64,000 bases of DNA from Candidatus Jorgensenbacteria bacterium GW2011_GWA1_48_11 (GTDB lineage: Bacteria > Patescibacteriota > Minisyncoccia > UBA6257 > GWB1-50-10). Where the stretch lies: positions 328,549 to 392,548 of the forward strand of contig LCPF01000001.1 in the NCBI GenBank assembly GCA_001003475.1, in the 5' to 3' direction. Shown piece after piece: positions 38,084-47,979 of this stretch. The notes under the pieces are model-generated. The model saw only the letters and a list, made by a program, of their open reading frames with translations, had not been told where the DNA came from and ran no database searches. Position 1 is the stretch's first letter; each line of letters begins with the position of its first letter. Both the position numbers and the translations under genes were made by a program.

Positions 38084-38482
38084 ATGAAAACCTTGTTCAC
38101 CCCGTTCGTTGTTCTGATTTTCCTTGGAATTTCGGTTTTCGGCTTTGCGGCCCTGCATAACGGCATGCACGGCGCGAGTTGCCTGGCTTCCACCTTGGGC
38201 GGCGGCGTTTGCGTGCCCTCGGGCGACGGGTTTGGCTTCGCTTCTTTCCATCTGAACGCTTTTAAGATCTTTTCCAACGCCACTTTTGAACTGGCCTTGA
38301 TCGTACTCGTCATTTTTTTGATCGTGAGCTTGGCTTTGGTCTTCGCTCCGGGCGGCAGCGGCGGTCTTTTGAATCCGTCCGGGGAAATCAATTTCCGTCC
38401 GAGGGAGGTAAGACCGGACAATTCGAGCTTGAGGCAATGGCTAACGCTTTTTGAGAAGCGTGATCCGGCCCTTTCTTTCTGA
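38084..38482 (+). CDS. Hypothetical membrane protein
   Basis: Two hydrophobic segments, MH..C...C, C-terminal WL.L.EKRDP; TATAAT 7 nt upstream. Confidence 0.7.
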   Translation: MKTLFTPFVVLIFLGISVFGFAALHNGMHGASCLASTLGGGVCVPSGDGFGFASFHLNAFKIFSNATFELALIVLVIFLIVSLALVFAPGGSGGLLNPSGEINFRPREVRPDNSSLRQWLTLFEKRDPALSF

Positions 38483-38576
38483 GGTTATTCTGACAACTCT
38501 TCCTAGGAACGAATTTTTCGTCAGAAGAACCTTGATTTGGGAAAGGGCGTTTTTATTTGTCGAAAAAATCAAAAAC

Positions 38577-39080
38577 ATGAAAAAAAACAAAGATATAGTT
38601 ATAGGAATATTGGCCAGTTTGGCGATCGTGGCCGGCTTGATCGCCTGGTCGCAGTCAGCCGAGACCGGCGAAACAGCAGCCTTGAAAAACCTGGGGCCGA
38701 GCCAGCTTGTGGCCAATGAGTCCAGTTTCGATTTCGGCACGATTTCCATGGCCCGCGGCAAGGTGAGCCGCGTCTTCAAGTTCAGGAATGACGGGAGCGG
38801 CCCGGCTGTCCTAAGCCGGGTCTACACCTCCTGTATGTGCACGGAAGCGAGTCTTATTTCGGCGGCTGGCCGGCTCGGACCGTTCGGCATGCTGGGAATG
38901 GGCTTTAATCCGCCGATTAGGGAGACTATCCCGCCCGGCGGCGAAGGCGAGGTGGAAGTTGTTTTCGATCCGGCGGCGCACGGTCCGGCCGGCGTCGGCC
39001 GCATCAATCGGGTCGTCAGTTTGGAGCAGGCGTCGGCCGCGCCCCTCGAATTCAGCTTCACGGCCAACGTCATTCCCTAA
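38577..39080 (+). CDS. DUF1573-like Ig-fold protein
   Basis: FDFGTI, F.FRN.G, TSCMCT, I.PG...EV.FDP. Confidence 0.85.
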   Translation: MKKNKDIVIGILASLAIVAGLIAWSQSAETGETAALKNLGPSQLVANESSFDFGTISMARGKVSRVFKFRNDGSGPAVLSRVYTSCMCTEASLISAAGRLGPFGMLGMGFNPPIRETIPPGGEGEVEVVFDPAAHGPAGVGRINRVVSLEQASAAPLEFSFTANVIP

Positions 39081-39082
39081 CC

Positions 39083-39865
39083 ATGACCAGAAGATTCATC
39101 GTTCTCGTGTCTTTTGCAGTCGTGCTTTTGGCCGGCGTTCTTTTCTTCAAGCTGAGCGGTTTTGGCACGCAGGCCCTTTGGGGAATTTCGAACGGCGGCC
39201 AGTGGTTTTTCCCGCTGGTCCTCGTGGCGGCCCTGATTGATAGCGTAAATCCCTGCGCTTTCTCGATTCTGGTCCTTACGATTGCTTTTCTTTTCAGCTT
39301 GGGCCGCCTGCGGCAGGATATTCTGAAGATCGGTGGATTCTACATTCTGGGAATTTTCCTGGTTTATGTCCTGATCGGGCTGGGTATTGTGGGCACTCTT
39401 CATCTCTTTTCCATCCCGCATTTCATGGCTAAAGTCGGCGCCGTCCTGCTTATCGCTTTCGGCGCGATCAATCTCGTGAACGAATTTTTCCCGGCTTTTC
39501 CGGTGAAGCTGAGGATTCCGCACGCGGCCCATCGGAAAATCGCCGAGCTCATGGAAAAAGCCTCGCTGCCGACCGCTTTCCTCTTGGGCGTCCTGGTCGG
39601 GCTTTGCGAATTTCCCTGCACCGGCGGACCGTACCTGATGATCTTGGGATTCTTGCACGACCAGGCCCGGTTTTGGAGCGGTTTTGCCTACCTCGTTTTC
39701 TACAACGTCGTTTTCGTCCTGCCGCTCGCGATCATTCTTTTGATCGGCAGCGATAAAAACCTGTTAGAAAAGGTCCAAGCCTGGCGGAAATCGGAGACCG
39801 GCAAAATGCGCCTGTGGAGCGGAGTGGCCATGGTCGTTTTAGGTCTTTTGGTCTTCGCGATATAA
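39083..39865 (+). CDS. CcdA/DsbD-like transmembrane thiol-transfer protein
   Basis: DSVNPCAF and EFPCTGGPY; YN..FVLPL. Confidence 0.82.
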   Translation: MTRRFIVLVSFAVVLLAGVLFFKLSGFGTQALWGISNGGQWFFPLVLVAALIDSVNPCAFSILVLTIAFLFSLGRLRQDILKIGGFYILGIFLVYVLIGLGIVGTLHLFSIPHFMAKVGAVLLIAFGAINLVNEFFPAFPVKLRIPHAAHRKIAELMEKASLPTAFLLGVLVGLCEFPCTGGPYLMILGFLHDQARFWSGFAYLVFYNVVFVLPLAIILLIGSDKNLLEKVQAWRKSETGKMRLWSGVAMVVLGLLVFAI

Positions 39866-39875
39866 TTAAATCGAC

Positions 39876-40376
39876 ATGACTCAAGATAGAAAAAGTTTCG
39901 ACGCGCTTCTCGAAAAGATCGAGGGCTTGAAGAAGGCGGGCCAGATCGATTTGTCCATGGACGAGGACTTGTCGATCGCAGTCATGAATCTTTTGAGTTT
40001 GGAGGAACACTTCTTTTTCACGGCCGAGAAAACCGGCAAGACCGATTATTTCGATCTCTTGAAGGAAGTAAGGGAAGCGAGAAAGGTCTTGATGGGCCGT
40101 TTGATCCCGAGCCATGAGGGCGAGACTTGGTGCATTTCGAAGCACTTGCTTGCCACGACCATGCGCCTCATCGAAGTCGGCACCAAGCTCCATAAAGAAG
40201 GGAAGCCGGCCGAAGCCAAAGAGACGTTCGATTACGCCTACAAAATGTACTCGTTCTTCTGGGGTTTGCGTTTGAATTTGATCAAGACTGCGGATTTCAA
40301 GGAAACGGCGGCAAAAGACAAGCCTTGGACCTTGGGCGATATCGTGGATAAGCTGGTGGATTGTTGCGATGAATAA
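39876..40376 (+). CDS. Hypothetical helical protein
   Basis: EEH, WCISKH, C-terminal DCCDE; inside operon. Confidence 0.75.
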   Translation: MTQDRKSFDALLEKIEGLKKAGQIDLSMDEDLSIAVMNLLSLEEHFFFTAEKTGKTDYFDLLKEVREARKVLMGRLIPSHEGETWCISKHLLATTMRLIEVGTKLHKEGKPAEAKETFDYAYKMYSFFWGLRLNLIKTADFKETAAKDKPWTLGDIVDKLVDCCDE

Positions 40377-40731
40377 AGACAAGAAAGCGGTCGTAACCCT
40401 CCTTGTTTTGGCGGTCGTCGTACTGGCGGTTTATCTTTTTTACAGGCGGGGACCGGTCTTCGGCCAGTACGACGATTTCGCCAAATGCCTCGCCTCAAAA
40501 CCAGTGACGATGTACGGCGCTTACTGGTGCGCGCATTGCGAGAGCCAAAAAAATGCTTTCGGCGGTTCTTTCAAGTACGTGCCTTATGTTGAGTGCACGC
40601 GGGACGTCCAGGAATGCCTGGTTCAGAAGATCAACGGTTATCCGACCTGGATTTTTCCCGACGGCAGGAGACTGGAAGGCGAAATGAGTTTGAACGATTT
40701 GTCGGCGCAAAGCGGGTGCGTGTTGAATTAA
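40369..40731 (+). CDS. Membrane-anchored thioredoxin-like protein (paralog of 5565-5951)
   Basis: YGAYWCAHC, YVEC, GYPTW. Confidence 0.85.
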   Translation: MNKDKKAVVTLLVLAVVVLAVYLFYRRGPVFGQYDDFAKCLASKPVTMYGAYWCAHCESQKNAFGGSFKYVPYVECTRDVQECLVQKINGYPTWIFPDGRRLEGEMSLNDLSAQSGCVLN

Positions 40732-40764
40732 GTCAGATAACTGATAACAAATAACCAATAACAT

Positions 40765-41679
40765 ATGACTAATAACACAGAAGAGGAAATTAAAAATAAA
40801 AAAGACAGGTTTTTGCCAGTAAGCATTGTTTTGGCGGCGATATTGATCGCTGGCGCTTTTGTGTACAAAACCGGCGTCAATACGAATAACATCACGGCGC
40901 AGTCGAGCGATTTCGAGGCTGATAGTCTGGCGGCGATGCTTTTCGCGACAGACGGCATTCAACTGCCGGTAAGGTGGGGGGATTTGGGAAAGCAGCTTAT
41001 CGCGAAAGGCGTAATCGATGCCGACAAATTCGAAGCGATTTATGCCAACCGGGGCGGACTCACGCCTGAAGAGAAACAGCTGCTTTACGGCGCGGCTAAC
41101 GGCAATTTGACCATTAATGCCCGAAATTCCGGCGTTATCCTCAATTTGCTCTGGGCTTTCGGTTTGGCTAATAAGAATGAAATCCTTGAAAACGGGCCGA
41201 TGACGGATCCGCGCTACGGCGGTGCGGGGAATTTCGCCTCGACCGGCGGCTGGACCATTGCCAAAGGCGGCGCCATGGATCATTACAGCAAGTATTCTTT
41301 GGTGGTTTTGAATTCCGAGCAGCAGAAATTGGTGGAGGCGGTGAGTGGGGGTATTTACCGGCCCTGCTGCGGCAATTCCGCTTATTTTCCGGACTGCAAC
41401 CACGGCATGGCCATGCTGGGACTCTTGGAACTCATGGCGAGCCAGGGCGCGAGCGAGGCCGACATGTACAAAGCGGCCTTGGTCGTCAATTCTTTCTGGT
41501 TCTCGGACACTTATCTTACGATCGAAAAATACTTGCAAAGCAAGGGCATCGGTTGGCAGAGCGTTGACCCGAAACAGGTTTTGGGAGTGGATTTTTCGAG
41601 CGGTTCCGGCTTCCAAAACATCTTGAAGCAAATTGCGCCAGTCCAGAATTCAACCGGCGGCGGCTGCAGTGTGCAGTGA
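40765..41679 (+). CDS. Hypothetical exported Cys-motif protein
   Basis: N-terminal TM; YRPCCGNS..PDCNHGMA; C-terminal GGGC. Confidence 0.75.
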   Translation: MTNNTEEEIKNKKDRFLPVSIVLAAILIAGAFVYKTGVNTNNITAQSSDFEADSLAAMLFATDGIQLPVRWGDLGKQLIAKGVIDADKFEAIYANRGGLTPEEKQLLYGAANGNLTINARNSGVILNLLWAFGLANKNEILENGPMTDPRYGGAGNFASTGGWTIAKGGAMDHYSKYSLVVLNSEQQKLVEAVSGGIYRPCCGNSAYFPDCNHGMAMLGLLELMASQGASEADMYKAALVVNSFWFSDTYLTIEKYLQSKGIGWQSVDPKQVLGVDFSSGSGFQNILKQIAPVQNSTGGGCSVQ

Positions 41680-41733
41680 TTTTTGAACGAATTTACTTTG
41701 GTTAGGCTGTGGATGATCGCGACTTGATTTTAA

Positions 41734-41750
41734 ATACCCCCAGGGGGTAT
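41734..41750. promoter_or_regulatory. CsoR-type operator inside promoter
   Basis: ATACCCCC-A-GGGGGTAT between TTGATT and TATCAT just upstream of csoR. Confidence 0.82.
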
Positions 41751-41760
41751 CATATAAGGC

Positions 41761-42030
41761 ATGAGGAGGCAAATCAAGAAAAAAGTTCTGCGGCGACTTC
41801 AAATTATCAAGGGTCAGGTGAACGGTTTGGAAAGAATGGTTGATGATGAAAAATATTGCATTGATATTATTACTCAATCCTCTGCCGTAAGGCAGGCGCT
41901 TTCTGGTTTTGAAAACTTGATTTTGGAAAACCATTTAGCCAGTCACGTCGTGGAACAGGTTAAGCTCGGTCAAAAATCAAAAGCCATGCGAGAAATCCTT
42001 TCTGTTTATAAACTTTCGCAAAGAAAATGA
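41761..42030 (+). CDS. csoR: CsoR/RcnR family metal-sensing repressor
   Basis: RL..IKGQV.G..RM....YC.DI..Q..AV..AL...ILENHL. Confidence 0.88.
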   Translation: MRRQIKKKVLRRLQIIKGQVNGLERMVDDEKYCIDIITQSSAVRQALSGFENLILENHLASHVVEQVKLGQKSKAMREILSVYKLSQRK

Positions 42031-42072
42031 AAATCTTGAATCCAAAGGTCGCGTTAAATGTATTGTAAAAAT

Positions 42073-42327
42073 ATGGAACTAAACAAAAAAAGATTCGCTT
42101 TAGCGGCCACTGAAGTCATAGGCGTTTGGTACGTCATTTGTGCGTTATTGGTAGCTATCGTTCCCGATTTAGCCATGAAGCTTTTCAGTTGGATGGTCCA
42201 TTTGGTGAATCTTCAAGCGGGCGTGAGTTTTCCGGAGGCCATTTATGGATTTTTGGAGGTGGTGATATTGACTTATGCGACGGCTTATATTTTCGCCTGG
42301 CTGCACAATAGATCAATTACGAAGTAG
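42073..42327 (+). CDS. DUF5676-like 2-TM protein
   Basis: YVICAL...P, H, FAWLHN. Confidence 0.7.
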   Translation: MELNKKRFALAATEVIGVWYVICALLVAIVPDLAMKLFSWMVHLVNLQAGVSFPEAIYGFLEVVILTYATAYIFAWLHNRSITK

Positions 42328-42381
42328 TTTCTGAACGGCAGTATTGTCGGGTTTTTATCCGGCAATTTTAGATTAAATCAT

Positions 42382-43101
42382 ATGCAATATGCTTGGTTAA
42401 TTTGGAGTTTGCTTTTTCTGGTTCTTTGGGCGGTGTTTTATTTTTCTCTCAAAAACAAAGAAAGCAAAAAAGAAATGTTTAGAGTGAGCTTATGGACAAT
42501 GCTTGCCGGTTTCACCGAACCTTTTTTCGTGCCCCGATATTGGAATCCGCCATCACTCTTCGATTTGACCCAGAGGACCGGTTTTGACATAGAAAGCTTC
42601 ATTTTCGCCTTTGCGGTCGGCGGCCTGGCCGTCGTGATTTACGAGGGACTGTTTAGAACTGAGCATCAGCCGATGCGGCCGGCCGAAAAGCATGAAGTGC
42701 GTCACAAATACCACCTTTGGGCGCTTGTTTCCGGGCCGGTCTTATTTGTCGCGTTCGTGATTTTTACCGATTGGAATCCGATTTATTCGGCTTTTATCGC
42801 TCTCATGGCCGCCGGACTTTTCGCCTGGTATTGCCGCCCCGATTTGAAAAAGAAAATGATCGTAAGCGCTTTCTTGTTCCTGGGCCTGTACGTTTTTTAT
42901 TTTTTAACTCTTATTATTTTGTACCCCGGTTATGTCGAGCGGGTTTGGAACCTAAAAGCCTTATCAGGCATTTTGATATTGGGTATTCCGCTTGAAGAGT
43001 TGATGTTCGCTTTTGGGGTGGGGTTTTTGTGGTCGAGCTATTACGAGCATTTTACCTGGCATAAAGTAAGATTAAATATAAATAATCGTCATGAATCATA
43101 A
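42382..43101 (+). CDS. Lycopene-cyclase-domain-like membrane protein
   Basis: Two repeats W.P....IE..IFAF and W.....GIPLEELMF. Confidence 0.65.
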   Translation: MQYAWLIWSLLFLVLWAVFYFSLKNKESKKEMFRVSLWTMLAGFTEPFFVPRYWNPPSLFDLTQRTGFDIESFIFAFAVGGLAVVIYEGLFRTEHQPMRPAEKHEVRHKYHLWALVSGPVLFVAFVIFTDWNPIYSAFIALMAAGLFAWYCRPDLKKKMIVSAFLFLGLYVFYFLTLIILYPGYVERVWNLKALSGILILGIPLEELMFAFGVGFLWSSYYEHFTWHKVRLNINNRHES

Positions 43102-45304
43102 TCATTGTCATCACGACCATTCGGCTGGGCATCACGAAGAGGCGGCCGGCACCGGGAAAATTTACATTTGTCCCATGCATCCCAACGTCAGATCGGACAA
43201 GCCGGGGCTTTGTTCGGAGTGCGGAATGAACTTACTGCCGCAGAAAGCCGGCAAAAAAGAGAGTCACGAGCATCATGGGGGCGGCGAAAACGGTTTCGAC
43301 AAGCATGCCGGCCACAACGTAAATATTTTCGCCAAAAAATTCTGGCTGAGTTTGGTTTTGACCGTACCGATCGTTTTGTATTCGGATTTGTTTTTCAATT
43401 TGTTCGGTTGGACCGCGCCGGCTTTTCCCGGGTCAGCTTATTTGCCGTTTTTCCTGGGATCCATCGTTTTCTTTTACGGCGGCTGGGTTTTCATCGGCAG
43501 CGCTTGGCGCGAGCTCAAGGCGAAATTGCCGGGCATGATGACCCTGATCGCTTTGGCCATTACGACGGCTTACGTTTGGAGCGTTTATGAAATAATCGTC
43601 GGCGAAACGCATACGCTTTTCTGGGAATTGGCGACCCTGATTACCATCATGCTTTTGGGCCATTGGGTGGAAATGAAAGCCGTCCAGGGCGCCCAAGGCG
43701 CTTTGAAAGAACTTTCGAAACTCCTGCCTGACAAAGCCGAAATAATCCGCGACGGCCAGAACGTCGTCGTAAATTTGAGCGAGCTTAAAACCGGCGACAT
43801 TGTCGTCGTGCGGCCGGGTGCGAAAATCCCCGCCGACGGCGTGATTACGGACGGCCGTTCCCAGGTAAACGAGTCGATGATCACCGGCGAATCGAAACCG
43901 GTCGAAAAGAACGTCGGGAACGAAGTCATTGCCGGCACCATTAACGGCGACGGCGCTTTCAAAGCGAAAGTGACGAAAATCGGCGAAGGGACTTTCCTGG
44001 CCGGCGTGATGCGCCTCGTTGCCGAAGCCCAGGCTTCGAAATCGCGTTTGCAGATTCTTTCGGACAGAGCCGCTTTTTACCTGACTTTGGTGGCCGTGGG
44101 CGTGGGCGCCCTGACTTTGGTTTTATGGCTTTTGGCGAAAGCCACACCGTCTTTCGCTCTGGAACGGCTGGTGGCGGTTCTCGTGATCGCCTGCCCGCAT
44201 GCCTTGGGCCTGGCTATCCCTCTCGTGGCTTCGATCTCCACGACTCTCGCGGCCAAAAACGGATTTCTGGTGCGAAACCGCCTGGCCTTGGAACTTGCGA
44301 GGAAAATTGACGTGGTTCTTTTCGATAAAACTGGCACTTTGACCAAGGGCGAATACGGCGTGGAAAAAATCCGGGTGATCGAAGGAAGCGAAGAAGAGAT
44401 TCTGCGTTTGGCGGCTTCGGTTGATTTTCATTCCGAGCATTTCGTGGCCAAGGCCATCGTGGCCAAGGCTAAAGAAAAAAATCTAAGCTTGTTCGACGTG
44501 AAGAATTTCAGCCGTCTAGCCGGCAAAGGGACGCAGGGTGACATCGGGAATGAAAGAATTTCCGTGGGCGGGCTGGGGATGCTGGTTCAGCCGCTGCCGC
44601 CGCCGATCGAAGACGAAGTCGGGGCCGAAGGCCGGAAGGGCAAAACCGTCATTTTCGTTTTGAAGAACGGGAAGTTACTGGGTTTTTTCGCGCTGGCCGA
44701 TTTGATTCGGGAAGAATCGAGAGCGGCCATAAAAACCCTGACGCAAATGGGCGTAAAAACGGCCATGGTGACCGGCGATTCGGAAGAAGTCGCTAAACGG
44801 GTAGCTGGGGAATTGGGAATCGATTTTTACTTTGCTAGGGTGTTACCGGACGGAAAAGCGAAAATAGTAAAGGAACTCCAAGAGAAAAAATTTGAAAATT
44901 GGAAATTAGAAATTGAAAATTCCAGCCGGCGACTGACCGTGGCTATGGTCGGCGACGGCATTAATGATGCGCCGGCCCTGACCCAGGCCGATTTGGGGAT
45001 TGCCATCGGTGCCGGCACGAACGTGGCCATTGAATCGGCTGGTATCATTCTGGTTCGGAACGACCCGCGCGACATCGCGAAGATCTTCGAGCTTTCCAAA
45101 GCCACCTACAATAAAATGGTTCAGAATCTGTTCTGGGCGACGGGCTACAACGTCATTGCCATGCCTTTGGCCGCCGGCATTCTGGCCTCGAAGGGGATTT
45201 TGCTCCAGCCGGCTTTGGCGGCGGTTTTCATGTCTTTAAGCACGGTCATTGTGGCTTTTAACGCCCTCCTGTTGAAAAAAGTCGGAGGTAAATTAAAATC
45301 ATAA
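43091..45304 (+). CDS. copB: Copper-translocating P1B-type ATPase (CopB-like)
   Basis: His-rich N-terminus, CPMHP, TGES, CPH, DKTGT, GDGINDAP, YN, MSLS. Confidence 0.93.
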   Translation: MNHNHCHHDHSAGHHEEAAGTGKIYICPMHPNVRSDKPGLCSECGMNLLPQKAGKKESHEHHGGGENGFDKHAGHNVNIFAKKFWLSLVLTVPIVLYSDLFFNLFGWTAPAFPGSAYLPFFLGSIVFFYGGWVFIGSAWRELKAKLPGMMTLIALAITTAYVWSVYEIIVGETHTLFWELATLITIMLLGHWVEMKAVQGAQGALKELSKLLPDKAEIIRDGQNVVVNLSELKTGDIVVVRPGAKIPADGVITDGRSQVNESMITGESKPVEKNVGNEVIAGTINGDGAFKAKVTKIGEGTFLAGVMRLVAEAQASKSRLQILSDRAAFYLTLVAVGVGALTLVLWLLAKATPSFALERLVAVLVIACPHALGLAIPLVASISTTLAAKNGFLVRNRLALELARKIDVVLFDKTGTLTKGEYGVEKIRVIEGSEEEILRLAASVDFHSEHFVAKAIVAKAKEKNLSLFDVKNFSRLAGKGTQGDIGNERISVGGLGMLVQPLPPPIEDEVGAEGRKGKTVIFVLKNGKLLGFFALADLIREESRAAIKTLTQMGVKTAMVTGDSEEVAKRVAGELGIDFYFARVLPDGKAKIVKELQEKKFENWKLEIENSSRRLTVAMVGDGINDAPALTQADLGIAIGAGTNVAIESAGIILVRNDPRDIAKIFELSKATYNKMVQNLFWATGYNVIAMPLAAGILASKGILLQPALAAVFMSLSTVIVAFNALLLKKVGGKLKS

Positions 45305-45307
45305 TAT

Positions 45308-45784
45308 ATGACTAAATCGCAAAAATCGTCTTTGTTCATTTTGAGGATCGTTCTCGGCTGGCTTTATTTTTACGCCGGCATCACCAAGGTTTTGAATCCG
45401 GCCTGGTCAGCGGGCGGTTATTTGGAAAAAGCGAAAACTTTCCCTGACTTTTATCACTGGCTAGCCGGTCCCTCGATCCTGCCGGTCATTAATTTTTTGA
45501 ATGCTTGGGGGCTAACCCTGATCGGGGCGGCTTTGATTCTGGGGGTATTCGTCAGGTTAAGTTCTTTTTCCGCGATCATCTTAATGGTTCTTTACTATTT
45601 GCCGGTTTTGGATTTTCCCTACCCCAATACCAATTTTTTCATCGTTGACGAGCATATAATTTTTATCGGCGCCCTGATCGTGCTCGCGGTTTTCCGGGCC
45701 GGCCGGGCTTGGGGCTTGGAAAATTGGTGCGCGAACCTGCCGCTTTGCCGCAAATTTCCGAAATTGCGCGAGTGGTTGGGTTAA
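45308..45784 (+). CDS. DoxX/DoxD-like membrane protein
   Basis: LRI.LGW..FYAG..K, G.ALILG..R, VDEH. Confidence 0.85.
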   Translation: MTKSQKSSLFILRIVLGWLYFYAGITKVLNPAWSAGGYLEKAKTFPDFYHWLAGPSILPVINFLNAWGLTLIGAALILGVFVRLSSFSAIILMVLYYLPVLDFPYPNTNFFIVDEHIIFIGALIVLAVFRAGRAWGLENWCANLPLCRKFPKLREWLG

Positions 45785-45816
45785 TCCGGAAAAATTGATA
45801 TAATGAAGGCGTTTCG

Positions 45817-47259
45817 ATGAACTTTCTAAAGCGAAAATGGTTTATTGTTGCCGGCCTGGTTCTGATCGTCGTTCTGGGCGGTTATTTTTTGTTCAGCGGT
45901 AAAGACAAATCGGCGTTCCAGACCGTGACCGTGGTCCGGGGCGATGTTTCCGAGGAGGTTTCGGTGACCGGCCAGGTCGAACCGATCAAAAGCGTCGATT
46001 TGGCTTTCGAGCAGTCGGGCCGGATCGCCGGCGTTTACGCCGAAGTCGGGGACAAGGTTTATGCGGGCGAGGCCTTGGTGACCCTGGATAAATCCGCTCT
46101 CGCGGCCCAACTGGCCAAGGCCGAGGCGGACTTGGCCACCCAAGAGGCCGATTTGAACAAAGATAACGTCGATCTGGCGAATTACTACGGCGTCATCCCG
46201 AATCTCTTGAACGACGCTTATGCCAAGGCCGATGACGCAACGAGAAAACAACTGGACGGACTTTTCAATAACGACGAATCGCGGAACCCGACGTTGACTT
46301 TCGTGGTCGCGGATATCGCCGTCGATAACGACGTGAGGGGTTTAAGACTTAATGCGACGGGTATTTTAAACCAGTGGGCCGGCGAGCTCAAGGGAATCAG
46401 TGGCGTTTCCGTGCCGGCGGATTTGCGGGTCGAGCTCGACAAGGCCGAAGGTTATTTGCTGACCATCCGTTCCCTGCTTTCGCGATCAATGGATGCGGTC
46501 GTGGGCGCGGCCAGCGGCGGATCATTGAGTTCTTCCACCGCCGACGCTTATAAAGCGAACATCAATACGGCCCGGACCAATGTCAATGCGGCCCTGTCCG
46601 ATCTGACGGCCCAATCCCAGTCCATCGCCGCCCAGGAAGCGACGATCGCCTCGGTTCGGGCCGGCGTCAAATCTTACGAAGCCAGCATTGATAATATCAA
46701 GGCCCAGATGGCGAAGATGACGATTCATTCTCCCATAAACGGCGTGGTCACCGTCGAGAATGCCAAGGTCGGCGAAATCGCGGCGGCCAATACCGCGATG
46801 GTTTCGGTGATTTCCGGGAGTAAGTTCGAAGTGGAAGCGAACGTGGCCGAAGCCGACATTGCCAAAGTGAAAGTCGGCGATTCCGCCCAGATCACCCTCG
46901 ACGCTTACGGCAACGACGTAATTTTTGACGCCGCGGTTTCTTCGATCGATCCCGGCGAAACAATGATCGAGGGCGTCGCCACCTACAGAACGAAATTTCA
47001 ATTCGTCAAATCGGACGACCGGGTAAAATCCGGCATGACGGCCAATATCGATATTTTCACGAATAAAAAAGAAAACGTTTTGGTCATTCCCCAGCGGGCG
47101 GTCACGACCAAGAACGGCATCAGAAGCGTGACAGTGGATTTAGGCAAGGGTTTTTCCGAAGAAAGGCAGATCGAGATAGGCCTCAGGGGCGCGGACGGCA
47201 GCGTGGAAGTGCTCGGGGGCCTCCAGGAAGGCGATAAAGTCATTGTCAACAATTCCTGA
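45817..47259 (+). CDS. Efflux periplasmic adaptor (MacA-like)
   Basis: TM, VGD.V..G..L, coiled coil, SPINGVV, EADI..V.VG, GMTA, GL.EGD. Confidence 0.9.
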   Translation: MNFLKRKWFIVAGLVLIVVLGGYFLFSGKDKSAFQTVTVVRGDVSEEVSVTGQVEPIKSVDLAFEQSGRIAGVYAEVGDKVYAGEALVTLDKSALAAQLAKAEADLATQEADLNKDNVDLANYYGVIPNLLNDAYAKADDATRKQLDGLFNNDESRNPTLTFVVADIAVDNDVRGLRLNATGILNQWAGELKGISGVSVPADLRVELDKAEGYLLTIRSLLSRSMDAVVGAASGGSLSSSTADAYKANINTARTNVNAALSDLTAQSQSIAAQEATIASVRAGVKSYEASIDNIKAQMAKMTIHSPINGVVTVENAKVGEIAAANTAMVSVISGSKFEVEANVAEADIAKVKVGDSAQITLDAYGNDVIFDAAVSSIDPGETMIEGVATYRTKFQFVKSDDRVKSGMTANIDIFTNKKENVLVIPQRAVTTKNGIRSVTVDLGKGFSEERQIEIGLRGADGSVEVLGGLQEGDKVIVNNS

Positions 47260-47262
47260 TTC

Positions 47263-47979
47263 ATGGCTCTGATCGAAGTCAGCCGTCTTGAAAAGATATA
47301 TGCCGACGACGGCGTCATGACGCCGGCGGTGCGGGGCGTGACTTTTGAAGTTCAAAAAGGGGAATTTGTGGCGATCATGGGTCCGTCGGGTTCCGGCAAA
47401 TCGACCCTGCTCCACGTCCTGGGTTTTCTGGACCGGCAGACCGCCGGTTCTTACCGTTTTAGCGGCAAAACCATCGATGATTATTCGTCCAAAGAATTGG
47501 CTCGAGTGCGCAACAAGGAAATGGGTTTTGTTTTCCAGACTTTCAATTTATTGGCGCGGATAAACGTTTTGGAAAACGTGAAACTGCCTTTGCTTTATTC
47601 GGGCATCAAAGAATCGTTGTGGGATCACATGGCTAAGGAAGCCATTGAAGCCGTCGGCCTTTCCCACCGGCTGGAACACGAATCAGCGAAGCTCTCGGGC
47701 GGCGAAAAGCAGCGGGTGGCGATCGCCCGAGCCCTGGTCCTGAATCCGCAGGTGATTTTCGCGGATGAGCCGACCGGCAACCTCGATTCCAAATCCGGCC
47801 AGGCGATCATGGAAACCCTCCAGCATTTGAACGAGGAGCACGGCCACACCGTGATCCTCATTACCCACGAGACTTACACGGCGGAACACGCCCAAAGGAT
47901 CATCCATATTTTGGACGGAAAAATAGACAGCGATGAAAAAGTCGACCGGCGCCGCAAAAGCAACGAATTTTCAAAATGA
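47263..47979 (+). CDS. ABC ATPase (MacB/LolD family)
   Basis: [28 protein letters not shown]. Confidence 0.95.
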   Translation: MALIEVSRLEKIYADDGVMTPAVRGVTFEVQKGEFVAIMGPSGSGKSTLLHVLGFLDRQTAGSYRFSGKTIDDYSSKELARVRNKEMGFVFQTFNLLARINVLENVKLPLLYSGIKESLWDHMAKEAIEAVGLSHRLEHESAKLSGGEKQRVAIARALVLNPQVIFADEPTGNLDSKSGQAIMETLQHLNEEHGHTVILITHETYTAEHAQRIIHILDGKIDSDEKVDRRRKSNEFSK

